Positions 18,834 through 29,063 of a stretch of 64,000 bases of DNA are shown here, piece after piece; the first letter of the stretch is position 1, and the number at the start of each line of letters is the position of its first letter. Origin of the DNA: Promethearchaeota archaeon (GTDB lineage Archaea; Asgardarchaeota; Lokiarchaeia; Sigyniarchaeales; SOKP01). The DNA is taken from contig JBHLOI010000003.1 of the NCBI GenBank assembly GCA_048940645.1, forward strand, positions 55,498 through 119,497. Reading direction: 5' to 3'. The position numbers and the translations under genes are program-made. The notes under the pieces are model-generated. The model did not search any database. It was given only the letters and a program-made list of their open reading frames with translations, and was not told the DNA's origin.

Positions 18834-21038
18834 TCATAGAATTCTTTTTAATTCTAAAATCAAATTTTCTGGATTGTATCGGTCGAATTGAAATATCTGA
18901 GCTTTACCAAATTTTTTAAAATTTTTTTTTATTTTATCTGCAGCGTAAGTATTAACCCCTAAAGCTTGGGTGGCGTAACTTTTTTTAGGTTCTAAAACAA
19001 CAACATGAACTCCTTTTTTTGAGAGTACTTTAGTTAACTCTTTTAGCTCCTTGATGATTAGTGTATAATCAGTTTGTATTTGGGCGACTAAATCGGGATA
19101 TTTTACAGAGATATTTGATCCACAATCTGAACATATAAAAATAACAGGAATAACATTTCTATTCTTTAACTTTTCAGCATTAATTAACTTAACACACTTT
19201 TTTAGTGCAGCTGCCATGGGAGTATATGATTTTCCTTCAATACTTTTTAGTTTATTAAGAGCGTTTTTAAAATAAACTGTTGGTTTTTGAAGAACGATTG
19301 CTTCTTTACCTCTAAATATAATTAAACTGATTTTATCTCTTTTTCTATATCCTTCCTTATGCAAGGATAAAATTACATCTGTCATCTGTTTTATCACATA
19401 ATACATTGATGCAGAACTATCGAGCACAAAAAAAAGTAAAAGAGGTGCACGATATTCGAAGATTTTATCCATTAAATCATACTTATTGAATTTTATAGGA
19501 AATTCTATATCTGTTTGATTGTATATTGTGTTTTTCAAATAGTTTCTTATAGTTGCATCCAAAGCTAAACTCTTTGGTTTATCTATTGGGTTTCGATAAG
19601 AAATATATTTCCCTTTTTGAGAAGATGCTATTTTAATTCGCCTTCCTATACCACGACCCCCATAATTTGAAACTTTTCGTTCTTTTCGGATATTATCAAG
19701 AACGGAATTCATTTTTTGTTCCATTTTATAAATTAATGGCAATTCCTCAGTTTGGTTTTCAAAAAATTTTAGATCCATCTCTTCAAAAGGAATATTTTTT
19801 ACTTTCCAGCCTCCTGCAGGAGCAGGACTCCTTTTTTTGTTATCAGGGTATTTAGGTGGAGGCAATTTTTGTTCTTTAGTCTCCGGCATTTTGACTTTTC
19901 TAGGATCTACTGATTGTCGTTTGAATTCTTTATGCAATGTATCATCCTGTTTTAATGGTCCTTCCGAATCAGGATTAGGCTTATAAGCATTTGGATCCTC
20001 ATATGCTTTTTGTATTTTTCCATAAACTTCTGCAATTTTAGCTTGGATTTCTTTGGGAGTCATCTCATAATGAAGCGACTGAATTCTATGTTCGAAAACT
20101 AAATCCAAAGCTACATTCAAATCTTCCTCTGTAATTTGTGTTCTACTATTAAAAGCAGCATGAGCTCTAGCACAGCGTATGAAGGTTATATCTGCTCTTT
20201 GAGAAAATATCTCTAATTCATTAACAATCATAGATACAAATTCAAAAACAGATGACGGCACTTTTACTTCTTTTAGTATTTCTCTCGCTTTTTTGATCTT
20301 ATCTCGAAGTTCTTCCTCTTCCTTTACGTATTTCTTAATAAATGTCTTTGGGTCATCATCAAATTTGATAACTCGTCTGGTTATTTCTGCTCTTAATTTT
20401 GGATCTCTTGGTGCTTTTATTTTAACCTCCAAACCAAGACGATCAGCAATTTGGGGTCTTAATTCACCCTCTTCAGGATTCATTGAACCCACTAAAACGA
20501 ATCGGGATGGATGCATAACAGAGATTCCTTCTCTTTCAATGATATTTACACCGGAAGCAGCTGCATCTAAGAGAGTATCAACTATATGATCCTGTAGAAG
20601 ATTAATTTCATCAATGTAAAGAATCCCGCGATTTGCTTTTGCTAATAACCCTGGATGAAGACTTTTAATACCTTCAGTGAGTACTTTATCGATAGAGAGA
20701 CTACCACAAACCATATCCTCTGTAATTCCTAATGGGAGGTTTACGAGTCTCATTTCACGAGTATGGATTTCTATTTCTCGTTTTCCTTTCTTTATACGAC
20801 ATTCTTCACATAAATCTTCATTTTCTAAGTGAGGATCACATGAGAATGGACAATCCTTTACAACTTCAATCTCAGGCATAACTTCAACAAGGCTTCTCAC
20901 GGCTGTTGATTTTCCTGTGCCTTGTTGTCCTGATAATAATATTCCACCAATTTGTGGGTCAATAACGTTTAGTATAAGCCCCAATTTCATTTTTTCTTGT
21001 CCTAAAATAGCTACGAAAGGAAAGGATGAAATTTTCAT
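18834..21038 (-). CDS. ChlI/ChlD-like chelatase subunit (AAA+ ATPase, Pro-rich linker, vWA)
   Basis: FPFVAILGQEKMK, GQQGTGKST, DEINLL, MNPEEGELRPQ; vWA MIDAS DSSAS. Confidence 0.9.
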   Translation of the reverse strand: MKISSFPFVAILGQEKMKLGLILNVIDPQIGGILLSGQQGTGKSTAVRSLVEVMPEIEVVKDCPFSCDPHLENEDLCEECRIKKGKREIEIHTREMRLVNLPLGITEDMVCGSLSIDKVLTEGIKSLHPGLLAKANRGILYIDEINLLQDHIVDTLLDAAASGVNIIEREGISVMHPSRFVLVGSMNPEEGELRPQIADRLGLEVKIKAPRDPKLRAEITRRVIKFDDDPKTFIKKYVKEEEELRDKIKKAREILKEVKVPSSVFEFVSMIVNELEIFSQRADITFIRCARAHAAFNSRTQITEEDLNVALDLVFEHRIQSLHYEMTPKEIQAKIAEVYGKIQKAYEDPNAYKPNPDSEGPLKQDDTLHKEFKRQSVDPRKVKMPETKEQKLPPPKYPDNKKRSPAPAGGWKVKNIPFEEMDLKFFENQTEELPLIYKMEQKMNSVLDNIRKERKVSNYGGRGIGRRIKIASSQKGKYISYRNPIDKPKSLALDATIRNYLKNTIYNQTDIEFPIKFNKYDLMDKIFEYRAPLLLFFVLDSSASMYYVIKQMTDVILSLHKEGYRKRDKISLIIFRGKEAIVLQKPTVYFKNALNKLKSIEGKSYTPMAAALKKCVKLINAEKLKNRNVIPVIFICSDCGSNISVKYPDLVAQIQTDYTLIIKELKELTKVLSKKGVHVVVLEPKKSYATQALGVNTYAADKIKKNFKKFGKAQIFQFDRYNPENLILELKRIL

Positions 21039-21179
21039 ATTTTTATTCCAGTTTAAATTGTTTAGTTAGACATTCTTTTAATTAAAATAATATTAAGTAA
21101 AATAAAGATTTTCCTTTTAAACCTTAGATTAAAAATAGGTTTTATGAAATTAAAATAAAAAAAGAATTCATTCAAGTAT

Positions 21180-22130
21180 TTAAAATTTTTTAGATAATAT
21201 TGTTAGTTTTTCGTTGAGATTTGAAACACACTCATCCCATTCTGCCAAAATTTCTTTAATTTTTGGAATGATTAAGTCTCTTTCTTTAAATTCTAAATAA
21301 TCCATAAACTGTTTTATTTTCTCTATTTTTATGAAGGTTTCAGCCACATATTTCCGTATTTCACGATTTTGATTATCTAAAACTTCATGGATTCTATGAG
21401 ATTCTCCTTTACGCATCAATGTGGCTAAATATTCTTCAGTACCAAGCAATAATGAGTCTAATTGATTAATTTGGTTTTTTATAAATTTATCATATGTTTC
21501 TAAAATATTATCACTTGGGAAAAAGTTAGTAATATCAATAACAAATTTCTGTGCTTGTATTACTAATTCTTCCATGTTTTCAAATCCCTCAATTCTGTAT
21601 TCAACTTCATGAAATTTACTTCTCTCGTTATTTCCATCATCTAATCTGAAAATTTTAAAACCTGGATCGGCTTTTAACTGTCTTTCTGGATCCCCTTTTC
21701 TTTCTGGATATTCTACCTGTTTAACTAGACGTTCTGGATTAAATACTAAAGAAATAGCTAGGGGATTTAAACTTTGATATGCTACTGTAGTTTTTCTATC
21801 ACCAAATCCCGAAAGCATAACTCTAAAGCCCGGATGGCTATGCCACCAACCTATTACATAATCACCTTTATCAAAAGCTTCTTCTTCAATGATTACTGTT
21901 GAAGCATAATCTTCTTCTGACCAGACGTATTTATCAACTATCGCTTTGGGATCATAAATTTCATGCATAATTGGATATGCTTTTGAAATTAATACATCAT
22001 CATTTTGATTTTTGCCAATGAAAATCCCATTTGCTTCTATCCACTTATCTTTTGGTATTTTTTGATTCGCAAACCTCACGCTCGCAGCAATAATTGTTAA
22101 GTACGCCTGTTTAGGAATAATCACAGTCAT
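21180..22130 (-). CDS. MPN/JAB (JAMM) domain protein with helical C-terminus
   Basis: EANG and GWWHSHPGFRVMLSGFGD, followed by ~130 aa of amphipathic helix. Confidence 0.85.
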   Translation of the reverse strand: MTVIIPKQAYLTIIAASVRFANQKIPKDKWIEANGIFIGKNQNDDVLISKAYPIMHEIYDPKAIVDKYVWSEEDYASTVIIEEEAFDKGDYVIGWWHSHPGFRVMLSGFGDRKTTVAYQSLNPLAISLVFNPERLVKQVEYPERKGDPERQLKADPGFKIFRLDDGNNERSKFHEVEYRIEGFENMEELVIQAQKFVIDITNFFPSDNILETYDKFIKNQINQLDSLLLGTEEYLATLMRKGESHRIHEVLDNQNREIRKYVAETFIKIEKIKQFMDYLEFKERDLIIPKIKEILAEWDECVSNLNEKLTILSKKF

Positions 22131-22524
22131 GATTTATCTATTTTAAGTTAATGTTCATTCTTGATAATTTTATACCACTGCATATATTTATTTTTATTTT
22201 TTTCTTAAGAATCTTCCAAAATCAATAGGATTCCATTAATTTTCTATTATCATATCAATTCGCTCATAATTTCTGTTAAAAATTTATTTTACTTCTAGCC
22301 AGTCTTCAATATTAGAGAACTTAATCTATTGAAAATGATTAGTAGCTTGTAGGAGATCCAAGATATTAAAAAATAGTAAGAAATTATTAAATTATAATTC
22401 TATTAGCTCTTTTTCATTTAAAAGATAAAATTATTTATATTCATAATATACCATTATATTATTACTAAATGCAAATTATTACTGATTCCAATATAATTAA
22501 AATCATCTAAAAGAAAGGATTAAA

Positions 22525-23151
22525 ATGGCTGAAAAAGGTTTTGAACCACTAACAAGTCAACTGGGTATACCAGGGACTTCTTATAGGATTCAGCTGGGAT
22601 TAATTAATGGAAAATGGGCATCAAGACTATTGAAAGGACAAAATGTTATAGATTCATACATTTATAAGGATGAAGATATCGCTGAAGGGGGATTTCCTAA
22701 TCAAAATCTCATCGTAGGTTGGGTTTTACGTACTGTGGCAATTCCTAATATAAACCCACATCAAGTAATGAAAACAACTCAAGCTTTGGTGAAACAGGCA
22801 ATTGAAAAGAAAGAACAAAAGAAAGTCATGGCCCCCATACAAGAAATTAAAAAGGTTGAATTAGAAAAAGTCCCTGAAAGTGAAATAAAAAGACCTCAAT
22901 CGGTGGGATGGGTAAAACAGGAAGGTATTAAGTCAGTACAGGAATTAGAAGAAGAAAAACGCCAAGCCTTTAAAGAAAGAATGGTATATAAGAAACAAGA
23001 AGAAGCAAGAAAATCTGGAACAATCGCAACATCAAGAGAGTTACCTTCTATCCCTAAAGGTGAAGAAGCGCCATCAACATTCTGTCCTCATTGCGGAAAA
23101 GATTTAGATTGGAAATATTGTCCTTTTTGTGGGGGGAAACTTCCACATTAG
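22525..23151 (+). CDS. Hypothetical protein with charged linker and C-terminal double zinc ribbon
   Basis: Compact N-domain, E/K/P-rich linker, CPHCG...CPFCG. Confidence 0.8.
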   Translation: MAEKGFEPLTSQLGIPGTSYRIQLGLINGKWASRLLKGQNVIDSYIYKDEDIAEGGFPNQNLIVGWVLRTVAIPNINPHQVMKTTQALVKQAIEKKEQKKVMAPIQEIKKVELEKVPESEIKRPQSVGWVKQEGIKSVQELEEEKRQAFKERMVYKKQEEARKSGTIATSRELPSIPKGEEAPSTFCPHCGKDLDWKYCPFCGGKLPH

Positions 23152-23271
23152 GAGTAATTTTATAAAATTCTCTAAATTTATTTTTTGTAATACTATAAAT
23201 TAAATTATTCAGTTTTTAAATGAGATAAATTATAAATATGACAAAAATTAACTATATCTAAACGTAATAGA

Positions 23272-24744
23272 TTGAGTGATGAAGTAATGGGCAAGGATAC
23301 AGATACAAGTGTTGTTACCATTAAACCAATGGCCTATTATAAGATGTTAGTTCATGTTCTTAGATTTGGATCAAAAGCACAAGCCATTAACGAATACAAA
23401 GAAGTTATGGGGATGCTAATTGGTCATCTAGAGGGACAGGGTGAAATTAAAGACGTAATCATAGAAGATGTTGTACCTATAACACATGGAGGATCAATTG
23501 AAGTTAAGTTTTCTGCAGAACAGCTTGGTGCTTTTGGAGAAATTGATAGGCAAATCTGGGAACAACATGGTGAAGAGAATTGGTTTAGTGTTGGTTGGTA
23601 TCATAGTCACCCAAATCTGGGAATTTTCTTCTCGAGTACTGATATATTTAATCAGTTATTTTGGCAAGATAAAAATCCTAGCGGTCTAGGAATAGTATTT
23701 GATCACGCTTATTTGGAAAAACCTGGTGATTTAGGTTTTAAAGTTTATAGATTAGATGATCCTTCAAAAGGATTAAATTCAAAGTATTATGAAGTTAAAG
23801 CTATAGTAGAGCCACCAGATAGTTTTGAATTTTATGAGAAAATAGTTGATTTGGTAAATAAAATATACTCGAAGGAAGCTCCAATTCTTGAATTAAATGA
23901 AACTACTGATTTATTTGGTGATGTATTTTTTCCTGAACAGAAACAACTTGAAAGTAAAAAGCCTCAATTATCAGTGCAAGAATTGTTAAATAATTTAAAG
24001 AAAGGGTTTTCAACTTTTATAGATCTATCAATTGAACCTCTTATTGACATACTTAACCTTTGGAGCCAAGATATTGTAAAAAAGATGTTCTACAATAATA
24101 CACAAATGAGAAATGATTTAATTGAAATGAAAGAAAATCTAACCTCGGGCGTAAATGATCTCCAGAAGTCATTTAATTTCTCATTGCAAGACGATTTAAA
24201 GAAATTGGATTTCTATATTGATGATAAGCTTGATAAACTTGATGAAGGACTGAATAATATGGAAATAGTAATTCATCAGTTTAGAGAGAATCTTACACTA
24301 CAAATAAACCAATTAATTGAAAATACCTTTTTACAAAATGTTAATCAAATTATTGAAAACTTTGATAAGAATCTTGGAGATTTAGATGGAATAAATGAGA
24401 TGAATGAGATGGTTTTACAAACTTTAGAGCCAGAGTATGCTGAATTAGAAAAGTTATTTAATATCATCGATCCTACGAAAAGTAGAATAAAAGGCGCAGT
24501 AGAGGATAATCAAGAGATAATAATAAACAATTTTCGGAAAAAATTATCCAATATTCAAGATATTTTTTCAAATTTAGATAATGATTTAAAAAAACTCCTC
24601 TCAGATCTAAAAGCAGCTATATTAGTTCTCGAGGGTTCTAAAAGTCCTGTTCTAAACAAAATTGAAAAATTAGAGAATGAGAAAAAAAATCTTCATAATA
24701 CTATAAGAGAATTAAAGAATGAAATTAAAGAATTGAAGAAGTGA
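23272..24744 (+). CDS. Rpn11/CSN5-like MPN+ metalloprotease with long helical/coiled-coil tail
   Basis: YKMLVH, EVMGMLIG and intact JAMM GWYHSHPNLGIFFSSTD; ~270-aa amphipathic tail. Confidence 0.9.
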   Translation: MSDEVMGKDTDTSVVTIKPMAYYKMLVHVLRFGSKAQAINEYKEVMGMLIGHLEGQGEIKDVIIEDVVPITHGGSIEVKFSAEQLGAFGEIDRQIWEQHGEENWFSVGWYHSHPNLGIFFSSTDIFNQLFWQDKNPSGLGIVFDHAYLEKPGDLGFKVYRLDDPSKGLNSKYYEVKAIVEPPDSFEFYEKIVDLVNKIYSKEAPILELNETTDLFGDVFFPEQKQLESKKPQLSVQELLNNLKKGFSTFIDLSIEPLIDILNLWSQDIVKKMFYNNTQMRNDLIEMKENLTSGVNDLQKSFNFSLQDDLKKLDFYIDDKLDKLDEGLNNMEIVIHQFRENLTLQINQLIENTFLQNVNQIIENFDKNLGDLDGINEMNEMVLQTLEPEYAELEKLFNIIDPTKSRIKGAVEDNQEIIINNFRKKLSNIQDIFSNLDNDLKKLLSDLKAAILVLEGSKSPVLNKIEKLENEKKNLHNTIRELKNEIKELKK

Positions 24745-24756
24745 TAGTGAAATATT

Positions 24757-26157
24757 ATGATAAACACCCCTAACAATAATAAAGAAGAAAAGATCGAGAT
24801 TGCAGAAGATTGGAAAGTTTATATAAGAAATAATGCTTTTAGAAAAATGCTTAGTCATATAGTGAGGTTTGCTAATAAATCTTTGGAAGATAATCAAGAG
24901 GTCATGGGTATTTGTGTAGGTGAAGCAAATTCAGAAGACAAGACTTTAAATTTAATGAATATCATTCCTGTATGTCATGGAGATATCGTAGAACTTGGGT
25001 TTTCTCAAGAGATTCATGAAAAAATTATGAAAATTGAAGAAAAAATTCTTGCTACAAATTTAAAAATGATTGGGTGGTATCATTCGAGACTAAAAGGTGG
25101 TCTTTTCTTTTCTCACGCAGATAGGAGTAATCAATTATATTTTCAAAATGAGAACCACCCATATGGATTTGGAATTGTATTTGATAATAACCTCCTTAAT
25201 TCTGGAAATAAATTTGGATTTGAGATTTTTAGACTTAAAACCTTTTCAAAAGGAGTAGACAGTGAATACGTTAAAGTTCCTTTTGAACTTGAAGTACCTA
25301 ACACCTTAGACTTTTTCAAATGGATAAAAGCGCTTGTAGAAGATCTTCAGAGAAAAAATCCTATAATTATCAATGAATTTGATGAAATTAGAAAACCAAT
25401 GCCGGGAGAGCTTCAAGAAATCCCAAAAGTAGAAAAGGCCACCACTGAAGGCGGTGACGATGATTTTAATGCTCAAATACAACCAATATTCACGGGTTTT
25501 AGAGAGGGAACTTCACAATTTGTAGAAACTTTTATTGATGCCTATAAAAACCAATTAAGTAATTGGATGATTGATGTTAGAAATGGTTCATTAAGAGGCG
25601 TTGAGCAGATTAGAAGCATTATAAAACAGATGAAAGATTCTTTCGAACAAGGTTTAGAAAATATTCAAAATTACTTTGATAAAAGTTTTTCTGAAATTTC
25701 AAATGTATTTATCACAGATATTTCAGAATATATTGATAGAAGAGTTGAGACCCAAAAAGAGTTTACAACCAAAGTTTCAGATTTATTCGAAGAAATTTCT
25801 GATAAAATGCAATCTATAATAGAAAATAATTTAAAAGAATTTACTGATAAGTTAAAAGAAAAAATATCATATGAAGAAGTAAAACTATATAATATTAATC
25901 AAACAAATACTAAGATAAAACCTTTACTTAATAAATCCTCAGATTTATTAATTAAAACATATAATAATACAAATGCTCTTTCTGATGATCTCTTAAAAGA
26001 AATTAAAAGCCTAAGTTCAAGGTTTAGTTTAAACTTAAATGAAGAAATTGAAAATCTAAATTTAGATTCTGATCCAATTAAAGAAAAATATAAAGAAATC
26101 GAAGAATTAATTGAACGGCTCCAAAAAGTCATCTCAGACTTTAGGCAATTAAAATAA
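24757..26157 (+). CDS. MPN domain paralogue with degenerate JAMM (probable MPN-) and long helical tail
   Basis: EVMG retained but GWYHSRLKGGLFFSHAD has Arg for the second His (CAT TCG AGA at 25081-25089); tail alignable to the upstream paralogue. Confidence 0.85.
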   Translation: MINTPNNNKEEKIEIAEDWKVYIRNNAFRKMLSHIVRFANKSLEDNQEVMGICVGEANSEDKTLNLMNIIPVCHGDIVELGFSQEIHEKIMKIEEKILATNLKMIGWYHSRLKGGLFFSHADRSNQLYFQNENHPYGFGIVFDNNLLNSGNKFGFEIFRLKTFSKGVDSEYVKVPFELEVPNTLDFFKWIKALVEDLQRKNPIIINEFDEIRKPMPGELQEIPKVEKATTEGGDDDFNAQIQPIFTGFREGTSQFVETFIDAYKNQLSNWMIDVRNGSLRGVEQIRSIIKQMKDSFEQGLENIQNYFDKSFSEISNVFITDISEYIDRRVETQKEFTTKVSDLFEEISDKMQSIIENNLKEFTDKLKEKISYEEVKLYNINQTNTKIKPLLNKSSDLLIKTYNNTNALSDDLLKEIKSLSSRFSLNLNEEIENLNLDSDPIKEKYKEIEELIERLQKVISDFRQLK

Positions 26158-26195
26158 TAAATAGAAATTATTTAATACTACTTCTTTAATCTATA

Positions 26196-26510
26196 TTAGA
26201 AAAATTCTAATGAAGATACAGAGGATATATTTAATTTATACTTAGGGATATTAGTATTGAGTCTTTTTAATTGGTTTCTTTTTGCTATATTACTTAATAT
26301 CCTTCCAATTCTATCAACTCTAATATCAATTCCATAATTTTCTTTCAAAACAGAATTAATTTTATAAGAAGAAAGTATAACTACTTCTGAAATGTTTTTT
26401 TCACATAGCCTTTCAATTGCTTGTTTCACTAATTTTAAGATTGTTTCTTTATTAGGTTGATTCTCCATGCTCATATTAATATTATATTTGAAGATTTTTA
26501 AAATTTTCAT
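26196..26510 (-). CDS. Small basic winged-helix-like hypothetical protein (start may be at MSMENQ)
   Basis: LSSYKINSVLKENYGIDIRVDRIGRILSNIAK...PKYKL. Confidence 0.6.
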   Translation of the reverse strand: MKILKIFKYNINMSMENQPNKETILKLVKQAIERLCEKNISEVVILSSYKINSVLKENYGIDIRVDRIGRILSNIAKRNQLKRLNTNIPKYKLNISSVSSLEFF

Positions 26511-26648
26511 CTATAAAATTTGATTTCCTATTTTGAAAGGCCTTTTATTATTAAAATGAACTTAAAAGTATACTAATTTATAAAAGAAAAAAATCATTTA
26601 TATTAACTTAAATTAAGCACCATCACTAATCTAAATATTCTTTTTACT

Positions 26649-28970
26649 ATGAAATCTAATAATCTATTATCCAAAATAAGAAGAATTTTAAAAACAGTTT
26701 ATCAAAAGGTTATTCTTAAAGAGATTTATATGGAGGGAAAGCAGCCTCCAAAATCATATGCATTTAATAAAAAGTTTATAGGAATCTATGCACTTTTTTT
26801 TTCAATTTCTTTAATACTTTTAATAGCAATGAATATATCTGATATTACTTTTTCCTTGCTTTTTGAGCAACTTTTTATTGTTGGAAATGTTATTGTCGCT
26901 TTATTCATTTTTCTATCTCTTTTTTTTAGCAGTGATAAGCTCAGAAATTTTATTTTTGAGAAGCATAGCGGTATTAAACAACTAATAATCTATTTAGGGG
27001 CAGGAATTGGATTTTATTTCCTCTTTCGTACGCTATTTTTATTTAAAGTGAATTTAATGACTTATCTGTTTTTTTTATCAACAGTTTGGTTAATTTTATT
27101 AAGTACGAGGTTTTATATGTATTCTAGAAAGTTTGCAACGAAATTAGAAGCCAAATTTATAGCAAAGTATTCGCTTACTAGACGTTTCTTAGCAGGAATC
27201 TCTCCTTATTTTATTTTAGGTTTATTAATTGTACTAGCCTTATTTTATCGTCTTGTTCTGGTGTTTATTTCTTTAGATTTTTTTGGACCCTTTGATCCTC
27301 AAGGTGCAGTTGTGGTATATCAAATAGAAATGCGAATAGTAATGCCATTAATTTATTTCAGTCTTATTATGACACTTTTATTTATTATTTTTGAGTTTAT
27401 TTTTACCCGCAGAAAGGCAGAAACTAAAAGGGCTGGGTTATTTGACAATTATACATTTTCTTTAATTGTATTTTTTATCTTTTTTTTTCAGATCTTTCAG
27501 ATTACTATCTTTTTATTATTAAGACCAGAAACAATTAGTGCTTTAAAAGCTACGGTAGGTGCTACTAGCTCGACTGTATCCTTTATTTTTATTTTTGAGT
27601 TTTCAATTTCTATGTTTTTTCTATACAGGGTTATAAAAAAGTTAGGTAAGTCTCTAGGTTGGCAGATATTTTTATTTAAAAGAGATGGATTGATCCTACT
27701 AATCTTGGGGTGTGTTATAGCTCAAACTTTAACCCGTTTTGGCTTAGAAGCTCAAATTTCGAACCAAGAGGTCAGTATTATTGGGAATTTCTTAATGTAT
27801 GATAAGTATATTATATCTATTATAATGATCATCTTTCTTGGAGCAACTTTATTGGTTTATTATCTAAAACCGCAATCAACCTCAATGTTCATTAGACTCC
27901 AAAAAGAAACTGTTGATGAAGAACAAGAAAAATTAGAAATCATATATAAACTCTTAAAGAGTGAATATATAAGAAGAGGTGAAGCTTATCCTGTTGAAAT
28001 TTTAGATCGCGAATTGATAAAAGCAACAAAACTTCCTAAAAACACATTATATTCTCTTATCAAGGAGTTAGTTGACAGCGATATGGATATAATTATAAGA
28101 AACATAAAAGATGATTATGGTATTACTCAAAAATTTATTGATTTTGTATCTATCACCGAAAAATTTGATAAAAAAGAAGTTGCACAGAAAAAAGCAAAAT
28201 CTTATTTATCTCAGAGATTATACGAAACGATGACTAAAAAATCTCCTGATTTATTCAAATTAAATAGAGATTTAGAATCAGATAAAGCTTCGGATCTCTT
28301 TATGTCTTCACTTACAAACACTTATAGCAAAAAACTAAAAGATGAAAGACTTAGAAAGAAAAAACAGCAAGAAACAGTTATATCTTTTACTGAAAAAGAA
28401 ATTACAGAATCTTTAAAAGAACTAATCATTGGAATATTAAAAAAAGAATATATTTATCGGATTGAAAATAACGAAAAGTATCCTGATTTTCATTTTTCTA
28501 TCTCTGAAATAGCATCAATAGTTCAAATGGAAACAAAGATCACTCCAGGAGAACTTTATCCAATTTTAGAAAATTTAAATACAGATGACATTGAGTTAAA
28601 ACTCTTAAAGAATAGTCATGACCCAGAAGATAAAATAATTAAATTTTTTCCTATTGCAGATGAAGCACTTATGTATTCATTAGCCAATTTTAGACCTAAT
28701 GAATTTAACAAGGTGAAAATTGAAATAATAAATCAATTTGTCAAATTTCTCAAAAGGAAGAAAACTAGAGCAGGTATTTCTAAATTGAAAAGGGGAGTAG
28801 GAAAAAATACAGAAGAACAGCGTTTATGGGATAAAATATTAAATAGTTTATATCATTATTATCCTCTTTATACTGAAGTGCAAGAAAAGATTCAAGCTGG
28901 AGAAGAAATATCAAAAGTTTTTAAAATGTTTCCAGAAAAAGATATTGACATCTTTAGTAGTGAATCCTAA
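26649..28970 (+). CDS. Polytopic membrane protein (about 11-12 TM) with a large cytoplasmic domain containing two winged-helix-like repeats
   Basis: Hydrophobic residues ~40-405; repeats IIYKLLKSEYIRR...TKLPKNTLYSLIKEL and IIGILKKEYIYR...TKITPGELYPILENL. Confidence 0.7.
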   Translation: MKSNNLLSKIRRILKTVYQKVILKEIYMEGKQPPKSYAFNKKFIGIYALFFSISLILLIAMNISDITFSLLFEQLFIVGNVIVALFIFLSLFFSSDKLRNFIFEKHSGIKQLIIYLGAGIGFYFLFRTLFLFKVNLMTYLFFLSTVWLILLSTRFYMYSRKFATKLEAKFIAKYSLTRRFLAGISPYFILGLLIVLALFYRLVLVFISLDFFGPFDPQGAVVVYQIEMRIVMPLIYFSLIMTLLFIIFEFIFTRRKAETKRAGLFDNYTFSLIVFFIFFFQIFQITIFLLLRPETISALKATVGATSSTVSFIFIFEFSISMFFLYRVIKKLGKSLGWQIFLFKRDGLILLILGCVIAQTLTRFGLEAQISNQEVSIIGNFLMYDKYIISIIMIIFLGATLLVYYLKPQSTSMFIRLQKETVDEEQEKLEIIYKLLKSEYIRRGEAYPVEILDRELIKATKLPKNTLYSLIKELVDSDMDIIIRNIKDDYGITQKFIDFVSITEKFDKKEVAQKKAKSYLSQRLYETMTKKSPDLFKLNRDLESDKASDLFMSSLTNTYSKKLKDERLRKKKQQETVISFTEKEITESLKELIIGILKKEYIYRIENNEKYPDFHFSISEIASIVQMETKITPGELYPILENLNTDDIELKLLKNSHDPEDKIIKFFPIADEALMYSLANFRPNEFNKVKIEIINQFVKFLKRKKTRAGISKLKRGVGKNTEEQRLWDKILNSLYHYYPLYTEVQEKIQAGEEISKVFKMFPEKDIDIFSSES

Positions 28971-29063
28971 TTTTAAGTGAATTTTTTTGTATAAAAATTT
29001 CAAGGAAAAATTCAAGAAAGATTCAATATTTAGACTTTCATCTAATTAGTTGATTGCATTATA

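Noticed and set aside
18834-21038. Evidence of (bacterio)chlorophyll synthesis
   Set aside because: ChlI/ChlD-like AAA-vWA proteins are widespread in non-phototrophic archaea, and no ChlH/CobN or pigment genes are in the window.
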